The notes under the pieces: generated by a model
The model's database searches: none
Told to the model about the DNA's origin: nothing
What the model saw: only the letters and a program-made list of their open reading frames with translations
Part shown: one piece after another, positions 10,431-20,185 of the stretch
How the letters are laid out: every line of letters starts with the position of its first letter
How positions within the stretch are numbered: the stretch's first letter is position 1
Assembly: GCA_022705945.1 (NCBI GenBank)
Contig: JAKJDL010000001.1
Location: 163,582 to 227,581, forward strand
Origin: Candidatus Omnitrophota bacterium
GTDB taxonomy: Bacteria > Omnitrophota > Omnitrophia > Omnitrophales > Aquincolibacteriaceae
Direction: 5' to 3'
DNA length: 64,000 bases
Made by a program: the position numbers and the translations under genes

Positions 10431-11476
10431 GACAACACCTCCTTCCTTCTTGAAAGCGAGCCGGGATCGGGGCGGCCCTGAAGCACGTCAAGGGCCGTGG
10501 GACTGCCGAGAGGCAAAAGCGGAAGAACGTTCGCTCCCGCCTGCGGGTCCACAATCACCTTGGTAGCAAGCGGATAGATCTTCTCCAGCGTCTCGATCTG
10601 CAAACGATTCCAGGTCACTTCCCTGGCTTTTTGATATTCGCCAAGAAGCGCCGTAAAGCGGACAGCGTCACCCTGGGCGCGGAGAACTCTTTCTTCCTTA
10701 TAGGCTTCGGCCCCGCGCAACATTTTCTGGGCTTCGCCGCGCGCCCTCGGAATCACGTCTTCCTGATACCCCTTCGCTTCGTTGATCAAACGCTCGCGGT
10801 CTTCCCGGGCGCGGACAACTTCATGGAAAGCGTCCTTCACCTGGTCGGGAGGATCCACCACCTGGAGCCGGACTTCGGTGATCATAAGTCCCGACTCATA
10901 GTTATCCATGAGCCGCTGAAGAAAATCACGCGTTTCTTCCTGAACCTTCAGACGACCGACGGTCAGCACATCATCGATCGTGGACCGGCCCACGGCGCTT
11001 CGGAGAGCCACTTCAGTCGCCGTGTAAAGGGTTCCTTCCGGATCAAAAAGGCGGAAGAGATATTTCGCGGGATCGCTCACTTTATACTGAACGATGATTT
11101 GCGCTTCAACGATGTTCTCGTCGCCGGTCAACATCATCGCGTCGGAACGGCCACCGCCACCGCGCCGATAAACCGAGCTCTCGCGGCTCTGCATCCCGAA
11201 CCCGACCTCAATTCTCCGGATCTGTTCGACATTCACGATATCAACGCGTTCCACCGGCCATGGCATTCTCCAGTTCAGACCGGCGCTCGCAAGCCGGACT
11301 TTTTCGCCGAACCTGCGGATGATCCCCTGCTCGCCGGGACTCACGATAAAAAATCCGCTCGCAAGCCATCCGCCGACCAAAAGAACCGCCAGGGCCGGGA
11401 TGGTTCCGGGCTTTTTTATGAAATTGCTGATCCCGTTAATGATTTGCTCGTCAGGGCTCAAACCGTCAGCTGACAT
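10427..11476 (-). CDS. hflK: HflK, SPFH/band-7 protein
   Basis: It has an N-terminal TM segment followed by an SPFH domain (GEQGIIRRFGEKV..., VEAQIIVQYKVSDP), and the usual HflK-HflC pairing. Confidence 0.85.
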   Translation of the reverse strand: MSADGLSPDEQIINGISNFIKKPGTIPALAVLLVGGWLASGFFIVSPGEQGIIRRFGEKVRLASAGLNWRMPWPVERVDIVNVEQIRRIEVGFGMQSRESSVYRRGGGGRSDAMMLTGDENIVEAQIIVQYKVSDPAKYLFRLFDPEGTLYTATEVALRSAVGRSTIDDVLTVGRLKVQEETRDFLQRLMDNYESGLMITEVRLQVVDPPDQVKDAFHEVVRAREDRERLINEAKGYQEDVIPRARGEAQKMLRGAEAYKEERVLRAQGDAVRFTALLGEYQKAREVTWNRLQIETLEKIYPLATKVIVDPQAGANVLPLLPLGSPTALDVLQGRPDPGSLSRRKEVLS

Positions 11477-11515
11477 GGTTCACCTCCGTAGCTTTAAACA
11501 CGACATTCAAAACTC

Positions 11516-12106
11516 TCAGCGCAAAAAATACTTTATGAAATAAAAACCTCCGGCCAAAAGCACGAAGAAAGCGATCGTGACCCAGTTGAAATATTTTTCA
11601 ATAAAAATCCGCATTCTCGGCCCGAAAAGATAAAGCAGGCCGGTCACCAGAATGAAGCGGGCACCGCGTCCGACGACCGAAGCGAGAAAGAACCGCACAA
11701 GATCGATCGAAGCAACGCCCGCGGCGAGCGTAAAAATCTTGTAGGGAATCGGAGTGAATCCGGCCGCAAAAATGACCCAGAAATCGTGGTGCCGGTAAAG
11801 TTCCTGCACCTTTATGAAAGCGGCTTCCGGAAAAACGTGCGCGAAAAACCATCCCTGAACCATCTGCCAGGCACCGAACCCGATTCCGTAACCTGCGAGC
11901 CCCCCCAGCACCGAACCCGCCAGGCAGATATAAAAATAACGAAGCCACTTGGCGCGCGCGGACAGGACCATGGCAATCAGGAGAACGTCCGGCGGCAACG
12001 GGAAAAACGAGGATTCGACGAATGCCACCCAGAAGAGGGCGCGCTCCGCATGAGGCGACTCCGCCTGCTTTAGTCCCCAGTCATAGAGTTTTCGAAAAAT
12101 TTTCAT
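11516..12106 (-). CDS. DedA/YqaA-family membrane protein
   Basis: It is a multi-TM protein with a YqaA-like N-terminus (MKIFRKLYDWG...). The ATG at 12106 is preceded by GGGGG 7 nt upstream. The ORF track extends to a start at 12163. Confidence 0.7.
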   Translation of the reverse strand: MKIFRKLYDWGLKQAESPHAERALFWVAFVESSFFPLPPDVLLIAMVLSARAKWLRYFYICLAGSVLGGLAGYGIGFGAWQMVQGWFFAHVFPEAAFIKVQELYRHHDFWVIFAAGFTPIPYKIFTLAAGVASIDLVRFFLASVVGRGARFILVTGLLYLFGPRMRIFIEKYFNWVTIAFFVLLAGGFYFIKYFLR

Positions 12107-12163
12107 GCTGCCCCCGGATTTCAGATTGATAAAGTTTGCGATCCCGAAAGAAAAACGCGGCAA

Positions 12164-12508
12164 TCAGACGGGCATACCAACGATGCTCGACTGGGCCCGC
12201 TCGGTCGCTGAAGCCGGCACCGCAATTCCGATCCCTTTCAATAAATTACCGTGGATATCTTTTTTCCCCTGCTCATAAAGAATGCATGGGATCTTTTCGC
12301 TTTCGAGGCGATCCCTCACCTGGCGGGCCTCTTCCATGGAAGCTGTTTCATAGACCTGTTTCCATATTTCCGTCGGATTTTTCCCGGAGATAACGGCTTT
12401 TTCAGGGTTCGTTGCGGACTCATCCGCGGAAGGCGAAATTTTTCTTTCCCGCTGCGAGATAAAGTAAACGAGAGCTATCGCGAGTACGATGTAGAGAGCA
12501 AACGTCAT
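12164..12508 (-). CDS. Small membrane-anchored hypothetical protein (N-terminal TM helix, soluble C-terminal domain)
   Basis: The ORF has a hydrophobic N-terminus (ALYIVLAIALVYFI), and its stop abuts the yqaA-like gene, whose longest predicted ORF begins at 12163. Confidence 0.45.
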   Translation of the reverse strand: MTFALYIVLAIALVYFISQRERKISPSADESATNPEKAVISGKNPTEIWKQVYETASMEEARQVRDRLESEKIPCILYEQGKKDIHGNLLKGIGIAVPASATERAQSSIVGMPV

Positions 12509-12764
12509 TATCCTAAACCTCTTTTGGAATGAACCTGCCGCGTTCGAAAATCCAGCAACCGCAAAAAAACAAAACCGCCTCTGGCGTTCCCGTCAGATGG
12601 CGGCCCGGCCATCGTTATTCCCCCGGGGAATTACTTCCCGGGACTCCTTTGCCGTTTTCGAGGCGCTATTGTGTCCCGTCATCCCATGAAGGTCAAGTGT
12701 TATCAGCGTAACACAAGCGTTATCAGCGTGATATAAGGCAGCAGGTAAATACCGTCGCAACCCC

Positions 12765-12820
12765 CAACCCACCTACTCCAACACCGGGACTTAGGCCCGG
12801 GTGTTGGAGTAGGTGGGTTG
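12765..12820. repeat. Near-perfect 26-bp inverted repeat (5 bp, a 1-nt bulge, then 21 bp) with a 7-nt loop, immediately downstream of the macB stop
   Basis: caacccacctactccaacaccggg-acttagg-cccgggtgttggagtaggtgggttg, followed on the + strand by aGTTTTg. A short direct repeat (gttatcagcgt, twice) and a small palindrome (gtgttatcagcgtaacac) lie just upstream, at ~12690-12730. Confidence 0.7.
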
Positions 12821-12843
12821 AGTTTTGATCTGGGCGGAGAATA

Positions 12844-14808
12844 TTATTCGTAGCGCAAAGCCCGGATCGGGTCGAGCCCGGCGGCCTGTTTGGCCGGCCA
12901 AAGGCCGAAGAGAATCCCGACACCCGCCGAAAATGCAAAAGCGAGGAACAGGGAACCGACCGTGATGATCATCTTCCACCGGGCGAGCGTCGCGATAAGC
13001 CAGGACACGGCACCGGCAAGGAAAATCCCTGCTAGCCCTCCGAGAAAAGTAATCAGCACCGCCTCCACAAGGAACTGAATCATGATGTCTCTCGGCGTGG
13101 CTCCGAGAGCTTTTCTCAAGCCGATCTCGCGCGTCCGCTCCTTCACGGAAACAAGCATAATGTTCATGATCCCGATCCCCCCGACGATCAGCGAGATCGC
13201 CGCGACGCTCCCGAGAAGGATCGAGAATGTCCGGGTCGTACTGGCCATCGCGGCCTGGATGTCCGCAAAGTTCCGAATGTTGAAACTGTCGTAGTGATCC
13301 GGAGTCAACCGGTGGCGGCGGATGAGCAGGTTCTCGATCGCCTCCTGCGCCGCGGGCATCTCGCCCAATTCTGTGATCTCCACATCGATCTGATCGAGAA
13401 AATCCTTGCCCGTCAGCCGTCTCATCGCGGTCATAAGCGGAATCACAACCACATCATCCTGATCACGGAAAGCGCTGGAGCCAAGCGGCATCAGGGTCCC
13501 GATGACCTGGAAATTGACGCGGTTGATCTTGATCGTCTCTCCGATGGGTTCGTCGTTTCCGAAAAGCGCATCCCGGACCGTCCGTCCGATCAAGACTACG
13601 CGCTGGCGCCCCTGGTTTTCCTCTTCCGTAAAAAATCTTCCGGTCACCGGTTCCTGATTTCTCATCCCGGCATACTCGGGAGTAACGCCCATCACCCGGG
13701 TGCTCCAGTTTTTATCGCCAAAGACAATTTGCCCGGATCCCATGACCTGCGGGCCCACACGCCTGACCGAGGGAACTTCTGCGATCGCACGAGCGTCTTC
13801 AAGCCTCAAACGGGTTGCGGCCCCCGCTTCAAGCACAGCTCCCCGCACCTTGACGGAACCCGGACGCACGGTCAGAAGATTGGAACCCATTCTCGCCAAG
13901 TCTTCCTTGATCGATTCCCCCGCACCCCTCCCGAGGGCAAGCATGGTGATAACGCAGGCAACTCCTATCAGAACTCCGAGCATTGAAAGAAAAGACCTCA
14001 GCTTGTTCCCGAGTACAACCCGTTTCGCCTGCCTGAAATGTTCCAGAAATTCTTTATAATTATATTTTTTCTTTCGCAAAAAACCCCGGTCTTCGAGTTC
14101 ATGGATGAGGGCCGGACTTTTCCTGAAATCAGGCCGCTTTTCATCGCTGATGATCCTGCCGTCATGCATGCGGACAATACGCTCAGCCTCTCTCGCGACC
14201 TCTTCGGCATGTGTTACAAGCACCACGGTCATTCCCTGCGCATGAAGATCCTTTAAAATCCCCATGATCTCCCGTCCCGATTTGGAGTCCAAGTTACCGG
14301 TGGGTTCATCGGCCAGGATCATGAGCGGCCTGGTCACAAGCGCCCGGGCGATCGCGACACGTTGCTGCTGCCCTCCGGAAAGCTCGTTGGGCCGGTGGCC
14401 CGTCCGGTCGGCAAGACCTACTTTCGTCAGCATTTCCCCGGATCTTTCCAGATCGTTTTTTCGGTCATCGGAATAAAGCAGCGGCAGGCAGACATTTTCG
14501 AGAGCCGTGGAACGCGGCATCAAATTAAACTGCTGAAAAACAAATCCAATAACGCGATTTCTAAGGAAGGCGCATTGCTCTTCGCTTAAGCGGGATGCAT
14601 CTTCCCCCATCAGGCGCAGGACCCCGCCGTCGGGATGGTCCAAAAACCCGAGAAGGTGCATGAGGGTGGATTTGCCGGATCCGGACGGTCCCATAATCGC
14701 GACAAACTCCCCGGAGTGGACGCTGAAGGAAACATCCCGGAGCGCCCGGACCTCGACCGACCCGATCCGGTAAGTCCTGGAAAGGTGTTCCGCTTCAAGC
14801 AGTTTCAT
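12844..14808 (-). CDS. macB: MacB-type ABC exporter (fused ABC ATPase plus FtsX-like permease)
   Basis: Walker A (GPSGSGKST), ABC signature ([15 protein letters not shown]), Walker B ([11 protein letters not shown]), then a large periplasmic domain and four TM helices with the FtsX topology. Confidence 0.9.
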   Translation of the reverse strand: MKLLEAEHLSRTYRIGSVEVRALRDVSFSVHSGEFVAIMGPSGSGKSTLMHLLGFLDHPDGGVLRLMGEDASRLSEEQCAFLRNRVIGFVFQQFNLMPRSTALENVCLPLLYSDDRKNDLERSGEMLTKVGLADRTGHRPNELSGGQQQRVAIARALVTRPLMILADEPTGNLDSKSGREIMGILKDLHAQGMTVVLVTHAEEVAREAERIVRMHDGRIISDEKRPDFRKSPALIHELEDRGFLRKKKYNYKEFLEHFRQAKRVVLGNKLRSFLSMLGVLIGVACVITMLALGRGAGESIKEDLARMGSNLLTVRPGSVKVRGAVLEAGAATRLRLEDARAIAEVPSVRRVGPQVMGSGQIVFGDKNWSTRVMGVTPEYAGMRNQEPVTGRFFTEEENQGRQRVVLIGRTVRDALFGNDEPIGETIKINRVNFQVIGTLMPLGSSAFRDQDDVVVIPLMTAMRRLTGKDFLDQIDVEITELGEMPAAQEAIENLLIRRHRLTPDHYDSFNIRNFADIQAAMASTTRTFSILLGSVAAISLIVGGIGIMNIMLVSVKERTREIGLRKALGATPRDIMIQFLVEAVLITFLGGLAGIFLAGAVSWLIATLARWKMIITVGSLFLAFAFSAGVGILFGLWPAKQAAGLDPIRALRYE

Positions 14809-15821
14809 GAACTGACCCGGGATCCGCCTTTGGGCGAGGAACGCTGCGGACGGAAAGGACTCGCGCTTTGCGAACGCTCCTTCTTTCGGACTACCACAAT
14901 CTCGGAACCCTCACCGAGCCCTTCCGTGACCTCCGTCATCCTCCCGTCAGACTCGCCCGTTCGGATCGGGATCGGCTTTACTCTTCCTCCTCCGGATTTC
15001 CGATAGACCGCAAAAATCGACCGGGAAGGATTAGGGAAATCCCCGGGCCACGCTGTGACCGCTTCCGAAGGGACGAGCAAGACATTCTCCCTGTCCTTAA
15101 TGATAAAGGTCACGTTCGCCGTCATTCCGCTTCTGAAAGACGGCGGCACTTCATCGGGAACCACATCAATCTCATAAACATTCACATTGTTCTCAAGTTT
15201 GCTCTCAAACGCAATGTGGCCAACTTCTCCCGAAAAGAGTTCGCTCCGGTAAGCATCCAGTTTGAATTGGGCCCTCTGCCCGAGCGCGATAAAGGCAAGA
15301 TCTGTTTCATCCACCAGTGATTCCACGATCAGCCGGTCAGAAAGCACAAGCACGGGATCGGCCGTGGTCACCGTCTGCCCCGGCTCTACAGAGCGCACAA
15401 TAATCGTGCCGTCGAGCGGTGCGAGCAACGGAGCGGGTTTGTAGGCCTCTTCCCACCGCTCCACGGCTTCTTCACCCCGGGAGCGGGCCGCGTCAAGCAG
15501 GGCGGCTCTTTCAATCGAACTCATCCGCGCGAGCACCTGGCCTTTAACAACCTCGTCGCCTTCGCGCACAAGGACTTCCTCAATGCGTCCCGCAATCGGG
15601 GCTTTGACCTCGACACGGTTATAGGGCTGGACGATCCCCGTCGCGGTCACCGTAACCCGCAGATCCCCGCGTTCGACTTTAAGACTGCGGACAATCTCGA
15701 GATCCCCCCGGGGGCCTCCGCATGAAGAGAAAAATTTTATCAAAAAAAATACAGCGGTCACGGCAAGCACGATCTTTAAAAACCAACCCCGTTTAGCGTT
15801 CCCTGATTTCATCATAAGCAT
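14805..15821 (-). CDS. macA: Periplasmic adaptor subunit, HlyD/MacA family
   Basis: It has an N-terminal membrane anchor and biotinyl-lipoyl-like/beta-barrel adaptor segments (VQPYNRVEVKAPIAGRIEEVLVREGDEV). It overlaps macB by 4 nt. Confidence 0.8.
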   Translation of the reverse strand: MLMMKSGNAKRGWFLKIVLAVTAVFFLIKFFSSCGGPRGDLEIVRSLKVERGDLRVTVTATGIVQPYNRVEVKAPIAGRIEEVLVREGDEVVKGQVLARMSSIERAALLDAARSRGEEAVERWEEAYKPAPLLAPLDGTIIVRSVEPGQTVTTADPVLVLSDRLIVESLVDETDLAFIALGQRAQFKLDAYRSELFSGEVGHIAFESKLENNVNVYEIDVVPDEVPPSFRSGMTANVTFIIKDRENVLLVPSEAVTAWPGDFPNPSRSIFAVYRKSGGGRVKPIPIRTGESDGRMTEVTEGLGEGSEIVVVRKKERSQSASPFRPQRSSPKGGSRVSS

Positions 15822-17115
15822 CCTCTAGCGTGGCTCCCCGCGTCTTTTCCCAGTTCGCCTGCTGGATAAAAACGTTCGCGAGACTTTCCACGTATTCTTT
15901 TTCGGCGTTTGCGTTCTCCTGCTCCGCAGTGTCAAAATCAAGGAAGTTTACAAGCCCTGACGCGTATTCAGCGCGAATGATTTCGGCCCGTTTCCGTGCG
16001 GCCTCAAGAAATTTTCTTCGCACTTCCACGGCCTCGACCGCATCCGCATAAGGAACCCACGCGGCCGAAAGGGCGGCAATCGTTTCATCACGGGCACTGA
16101 GGGCGGCGCTCCGGGCGGCATCATAATCCGATTTTGCTTTCCGGATCGCGGCCACGTTCTTGCCGCCCTCAAAAAACGGGACCGAAACGGTGATGCCCAG
16201 GGAACTTCTGTCTCTCAGATTCGACGCCCTGTCTCCCGTATAACCGTATTCGTAACTTCCGTCGACCTGGGGCCAGATACCGGATTGTGCGGAAAGGATC
16301 CCTGCCTTGGCGGCTTCGGCTCTGTTCAGAAGCCTCATCACGGTAGGCGTCTTTTCGGCAAGTGCCGCGTAATCCGCTTCCGTCAGGCTGACCTTCCCGA
16401 ACATTTCCTCAAAATCATCCTGAACGCGCAGAGGCAGGATAAATTCCCCGCCGCTTTCGCGGGCGAGACGCAGCGCTTCCTTTTCGAACTGCCGTTCGGT
16501 TTGTCTGACGTCAAACGCGGCCTGTTCCGCGATCGCCTCTGCCCGGAGGGCCGATCCGAGATTTTCGCGGCCGGCTTCATACCGCAGGCGGACCAGCTCC
16601 GCGTTCTGGCTCCTTCGATCGGAAATGATCCGGTTCGTTTTAAGGAGTCTTTCGATCCGGACAAGATTTATGTAGGAAGAACGCAGCCGGTAACGGACAT
16701 CCGCGCTTGTTTCTTCATACGCCCGACGGGCAGCCTCTAGTTCCTTGCCTGCCCGGATCCAGTCACCGGTAGTGCCGAACCCATCAAAAAGAGATTGCCT
16801 CGCGTTAATGTCAAGCCCGAGCGTATCCGAATGCGGCCCGGTTCCGGTCGTTCGCGAAACATCTTTCCGGACCCCTCCCTCCACGGAAGGAAGATAATCC
16901 CCGAAAGCGATGTCACGGCTGCGGGCGCTTGAGGCCACAAGCGAACGCGCTTCCTGAAGATCGGGATTGCGGCTGAGCGCCTGTCTGACCAGCGAATCCC
17001 AGGTAAGCGTCTGAGGCTCCGCAAGACGCTCGATCTTCGTTCCGGGCAAACGGACACTGAGACATCCTCCAAGAAAAATTCCGGAGACAAGTATCGCGGT
17101 GATTTTTTTGAACAT
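15793..17115 (-). CDS. TolC-like outer-membrane efflux protein
   Basis: It has a signal peptide with a lipobox-like GGC, and two OEP repeats with coiled-coil heptads. It sits upstream of and overlaps the adaptor gene. Confidence 0.8.
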   Translation of the reverse strand: MFKKITAILVSGIFLGGCLSVRLPGTKIERLAEPQTLTWDSLVRQALSRNPDLQEARSLVASSARSRDIAFGDYLPSVEGGVRKDVSRTTGTGPHSDTLGLDINARQSLFDGFGTTGDWIRAGKELEAARRAYEETSADVRYRLRSSYINLVRIERLLKTNRIISDRRSQNAELVRLRYEAGRENLGSALRAEAIAEQAAFDVRQTERQFEKEALRLARESGGEFILPLRVQDDFEEMFGKVSLTEADYAALAEKTPTVMRLLNRAEAAKAGILSAQSGIWPQVDGSYEYGYTGDRASNLRDRSSLGITVSVPFFEGGKNVAAIRKAKSDYDAARSAALSARDETIAALSAAWVPYADAVEAVEVRRKFLEAARKRAEIIRAEYASGLVNFLDFDTAEQENANAEKEYVESLANVFIQQANWEKTRGATLEDAYDEIRER

Positions 17116-17247
17116 GAAGATATTTTACGCGGAGAGAAAAAATGCACACCTGTTTTTTTGTTTATAAAAGACCCGGATCCGGGTCCGGGGCCTCATCTTC
17201 GGCAGAGGCACCCGTGCCCGCAAGGGTGCGGGTATCAATAAAACGGT

Positions 17248-17913
17248 TCAGAAATCGGCGGCCCGCTCAAGCGAAGCAAGAACCTGCGGATCGTTTCCGG
17301 ATACTCCGGCCAGGCTTTTAACGATCCTCGAAACAGCCTCCTGAACGCTCAATTTGAAAGCGCAGGCGATCTCTCCCGCGAGTCCGCGAACGGAATGGTC
17401 GAGTAATTGCCGCTTTCTCTGGTCGCGCGTCTTTAGTTTATCTCTTGAAAAAGAAAGGATGTTCCGGGCACATATCCAGGCTTGCGCCGTCTCGTCGCCC
17501 CGTCCCTTGCCTGTCTTTAAATAGACCAGAATCTTCTTCGCTTCGCGCGCGGAGACCACCCTGTGAAATCCGGAAGCTTCCATGTCCGGGGCGGCCACCA
17601 CAAAACGCACTTTCATCCTGTTCATAACCTTGGGAACCAGGGAATAACACGGAACCCTTTTGCCGCCCCGCTCCGTTTCGGTGATCCTGTCCACGCGGCA
17701 CAAGCCGTGGACCGAATGGAACAAAAACTCCCCCCTGATCCATTTTGTGTTTTTCATGGTCTGAGGGTTCCCCGCAGAAGGAACGGAAGGAATCCCTTTC
17801 GTTAAACCGCTCACGGGAGCGTCGGCCCCCGGCGGCCGGACGTGTTTATCAAGACGCTTGCTCCTTTTTCCCTGCTTTTTCTTTCTCGTCTCTTTTTTGC
17901 GGCGCATAAACAA
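17248..17913 (-). CDS. CarD/CdnL-like RNA-polymerase-binding regulator with a Lys/Arg-rich N-terminal extension; start uncertain
   Basis: The core (WIRGEFLFHSVHGLCRVDRITE...) matches the CarD_CdnL_TRCF N-terminal fold pattern. The upstream 50 aa are low-complexity K/R-rich. The ORF-track start is TTG. The internal ATG at 17757 would give a ~170-aa CdnL-sized product. Confidence 0.5.
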   Translation of the reverse strand: MFMRRKKETRKKKQGKRSKRLDKHVRPPGADAPVSGLTKGIPSVPSAGNPQTMKNTKWIRGEFLFHSVHGLCRVDRITETERGGKRVPCYSLVPKVMNRMKVRFVVAAPDMEASGFHRVVSAREAKKILVYLKTGKGRGDETAQAWICARNILSFSRDKLKTRDQRKRQLLDHSVRGLAGEIACAFKLSVQEAVSRIVKSLAGVSGNDPQVLASLERAADF

Positions 17914-18041
17914 GCCTTTGACTTTTGAAAAACGGACTGATTAATTCTGACCAAATGGAAGTCGGGCAGTGAGAGAACCTGAAAACGGTTTATTCTAACA
18001 CACCCCGGCAAGGAACCCCACCCTTAATTCCGCTCGCGTGA

Positions 18042-19637
18042 TTACTTCGGGGAATCGAAAAGAAAAATCCGGGGATGATTTTCCCTGAAGTTATTCATAA
18101 TCCATTCGTTCAGGAAAAGCAGTGTCCTTCTCCCCTGCTCATCGCGTGCCATGCCGATCCCGTAGGAAAGGGAATCCGCGAGCCCGGCATCGCTCAGGTC
18201 GCATTCCACCCAACGCAGGACCTTCCAGGGAAGCGTCTCAAGCCGGGAATCGGCGCCGTATTCTTCCTTCAGTCTGTATTGAAGGACTTCATATTGAAGA
18301 GGACCGACCGCTCCGAGAAGCACCGCATTCGGATTGAACGGTTTAACCCAGCTGAAAACCTGGACGATATCTTCGGCGAGGAGATGCTCCACGCCTTTCC
18401 GGAAAGGTTTGTATTTCGCGGGAGAGGGGTTGTGGATATGGGCGAAGCACTCGGGCGCGAAGCGGGGGATCGCGTTGAACGCGATCGAAGGATCTTCGCT
18501 GATCGTGTCCCCGATCCTGAAATCGGATTTGACCGCGAAACCGATGATGTCGCCCGGATACGCCTCATTCACCGTTTCACGGCTCTGGCCGAGAAGCGTA
18601 TGAGAACCCGTGATCCGGATCTTTTTTCCGGTCCGCGTGTGATAGACATCCATATCCCGGAAAAATTTTCCCGAGCAGATCCTGAGGAACGCGATCCGGT
18701 CGCGGTGAAGCGGGTTCATGTTGGTCTGGATCTTGAAAATAAAACCCGAAAAATCCTCGGTATTGACATCGATCATCCGCTCCCCCGCCTTTCGCGGCGC
18801 GGGACCCGAGGAATACCGGATGAATCCGTCCAGAAGGAGCTGTACCCCGAAATTATTCGCGGCGCTTCCGAAAAACACGGGGGTCGTCTCCCCTTTCAGC
18901 ACGGCCTCCGGAGAAAATCCCGCTTGAGCCGTGTCCAACAGCTCAAGCGCTTCCGAGGCGCGGCGGTATTCCTGCTCGTCGACCATTTTCCGAACCTCCG
19001 GGTCCGAAAAACCGTGCGTGGAAACGGGAGCCCGGTAAGCACCGCCGGGAACCTTCTGGAACAGATGAACTTCACTCCGAAGCCGGTCGTAGACACCTCT
19101 GAAATCCCGGCCGCTCCCGAGGGGCCAGTTCACGGGATACGCGTGGATCCCGAGCACAGTCTCAACTTCATCGATCAGTTCGAGGGGATCCCGGATAGGC
19201 CGATCCAGCTTGTTCATGAACGTAAAGATCGGGATTCCCCTGTGCCGGCAGATCTCAAAAAGCTTTCGGGTCTGACTCTCGATTCCCTTCCCGGCATCGA
19301 TCACCATCACGACGGCATCGACTGCCATCAAAACGCGGTAAGTGTCCTCCGAAAAATCCTTGTGCCCCGGAGTATCGAGAAGATTGATCCTCCAGGGACC
19401 GTAATCAAACTGAAGCAGGGTCGAGCTGATGGAGATACCGCGCTTTTTTTCCATCTCCATCCAGTCAGACGTCGTCTCCCTTTCATGCTTCCGCGCGGTC
19501 ACGGAACCGGCAAGCTGGATCGCTCCTCCGTAAAGAAGGAATTTTTCCGTAAGCGTGGTTTTGCCCGCGTCCGGATGCGAAATGATCGCGAACGTCCGCC
19601 GTTTTTTTATTTCATCCTGAAGCAATGATGTTTTCAT
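18042..19637 (-). CDS. prfC: Peptide chain release factor 3
   Basis: It has a GTPase domain (AIISHPDAGKTTLTEK, DTPGHKDF, NKLD) and RF3-specific downstream domains. Confidence 0.9.
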   Translation of the reverse strand: MKTSLLQDEIKKRRTFAIISHPDAGKTTLTEKFLLYGGAIQLAGSVTARKHERETTSDWMEMEKKRGISISSTLLQFDYGPWRINLLDTPGHKDFSEDTYRVLMAVDAVVMVIDAGKGIESQTRKLFEICRHRGIPIFTFMNKLDRPIRDPLELIDEVETVLGIHAYPVNWPLGSGRDFRGVYDRLRSEVHLFQKVPGGAYRAPVSTHGFSDPEVRKMVDEQEYRRASEALELLDTAQAGFSPEAVLKGETTPVFFGSAANNFGVQLLLDGFIRYSSGPAPRKAGERMIDVNTEDFSGFIFKIQTNMNPLHRDRIAFLRICSGKFFRDMDVYHTRTGKKIRITGSHTLLGQSRETVNEAYPGDIIGFAVKSDFRIGDTISEDPSIAFNAIPRFAPECFAHIHNPSPAKYKPFRKGVEHLLAEDIVQVFSWVKPFNPNAVLLGAVGPLQYEVLQYRLKEEYGADSRLETLPWKVLRWVECDLSDAGLADSLSYGIGMARDEQGRRTLLFLNEWIMNNFRENHPRIFLFDSPK

Positions 19638-20185
19638 ATCGAGATAAAGATCCGTCTTGAGTGACCGCGAAACAGCCCGTCTGGAGGGAATTTACGAAAA
19701 CCCTATTCCGGAAATTTTACGAAAGAATAACCTTCCCGGGACTTATCAGACACTTCAAAACCCGTTCCGTCCCGGCACCCCGAAGATGAGGCTCAGGCAG
19801 TTGTATTTTTTGATCATAAAAAAAATCCCGGCAAAGCGCTTCCGAAACCGGCCCCGGGGAGCAAGAGGGTATGCATGGCATCATCATTATAGGAACGGAC
19901 CGGCGATTTGTGTAGGGATTCTTTTTGACGCCCCGGATCATTAGCGGGTCAAGTATTTGCCGTTTTTAAAGCTTCGGGCCCGGCTTTTTCTTCCCAAATG
20001 AATCCGGGGTTGAATGTCCTGCATTTCTTCGCCTGACCCGACGGGGATCGAGGGTGATTTTTTGACCGGAATGACCCGGGAAGTACAAGCGCTCAGGTGG
20101 CGAGCATAAGGAAGCCAACAACGCAAGCCGCCGCCTTTCTGTGCACGGGGCCCCTCTTTCCCCGCGAAGCCGCCCAACGCTGCGG

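Noticed and set aside
9585-10481. 298-aa ORF on the + strand (and 10631-11473 +)
   Set aside because: They are antisense to hflC and hflK, which have clear SPFH domains on the minus strand.
18075-19628. 517-aa ORF on the + strand
   Set aside because: It is entirely antisense to the well-supported prfC gene. Its translation is low-complexity and R/P/G-rich with no recognisable motif, which is the usual GC-rich antisense artefact.
20091-20133. SRP (4.5S) RNA-like GGAAGC stretch
   Set aside because: It lacks the invariant domain IV sequence GGAAGCAGCC, and the surrounding sequence does not form the conserved asymmetric loop helix.
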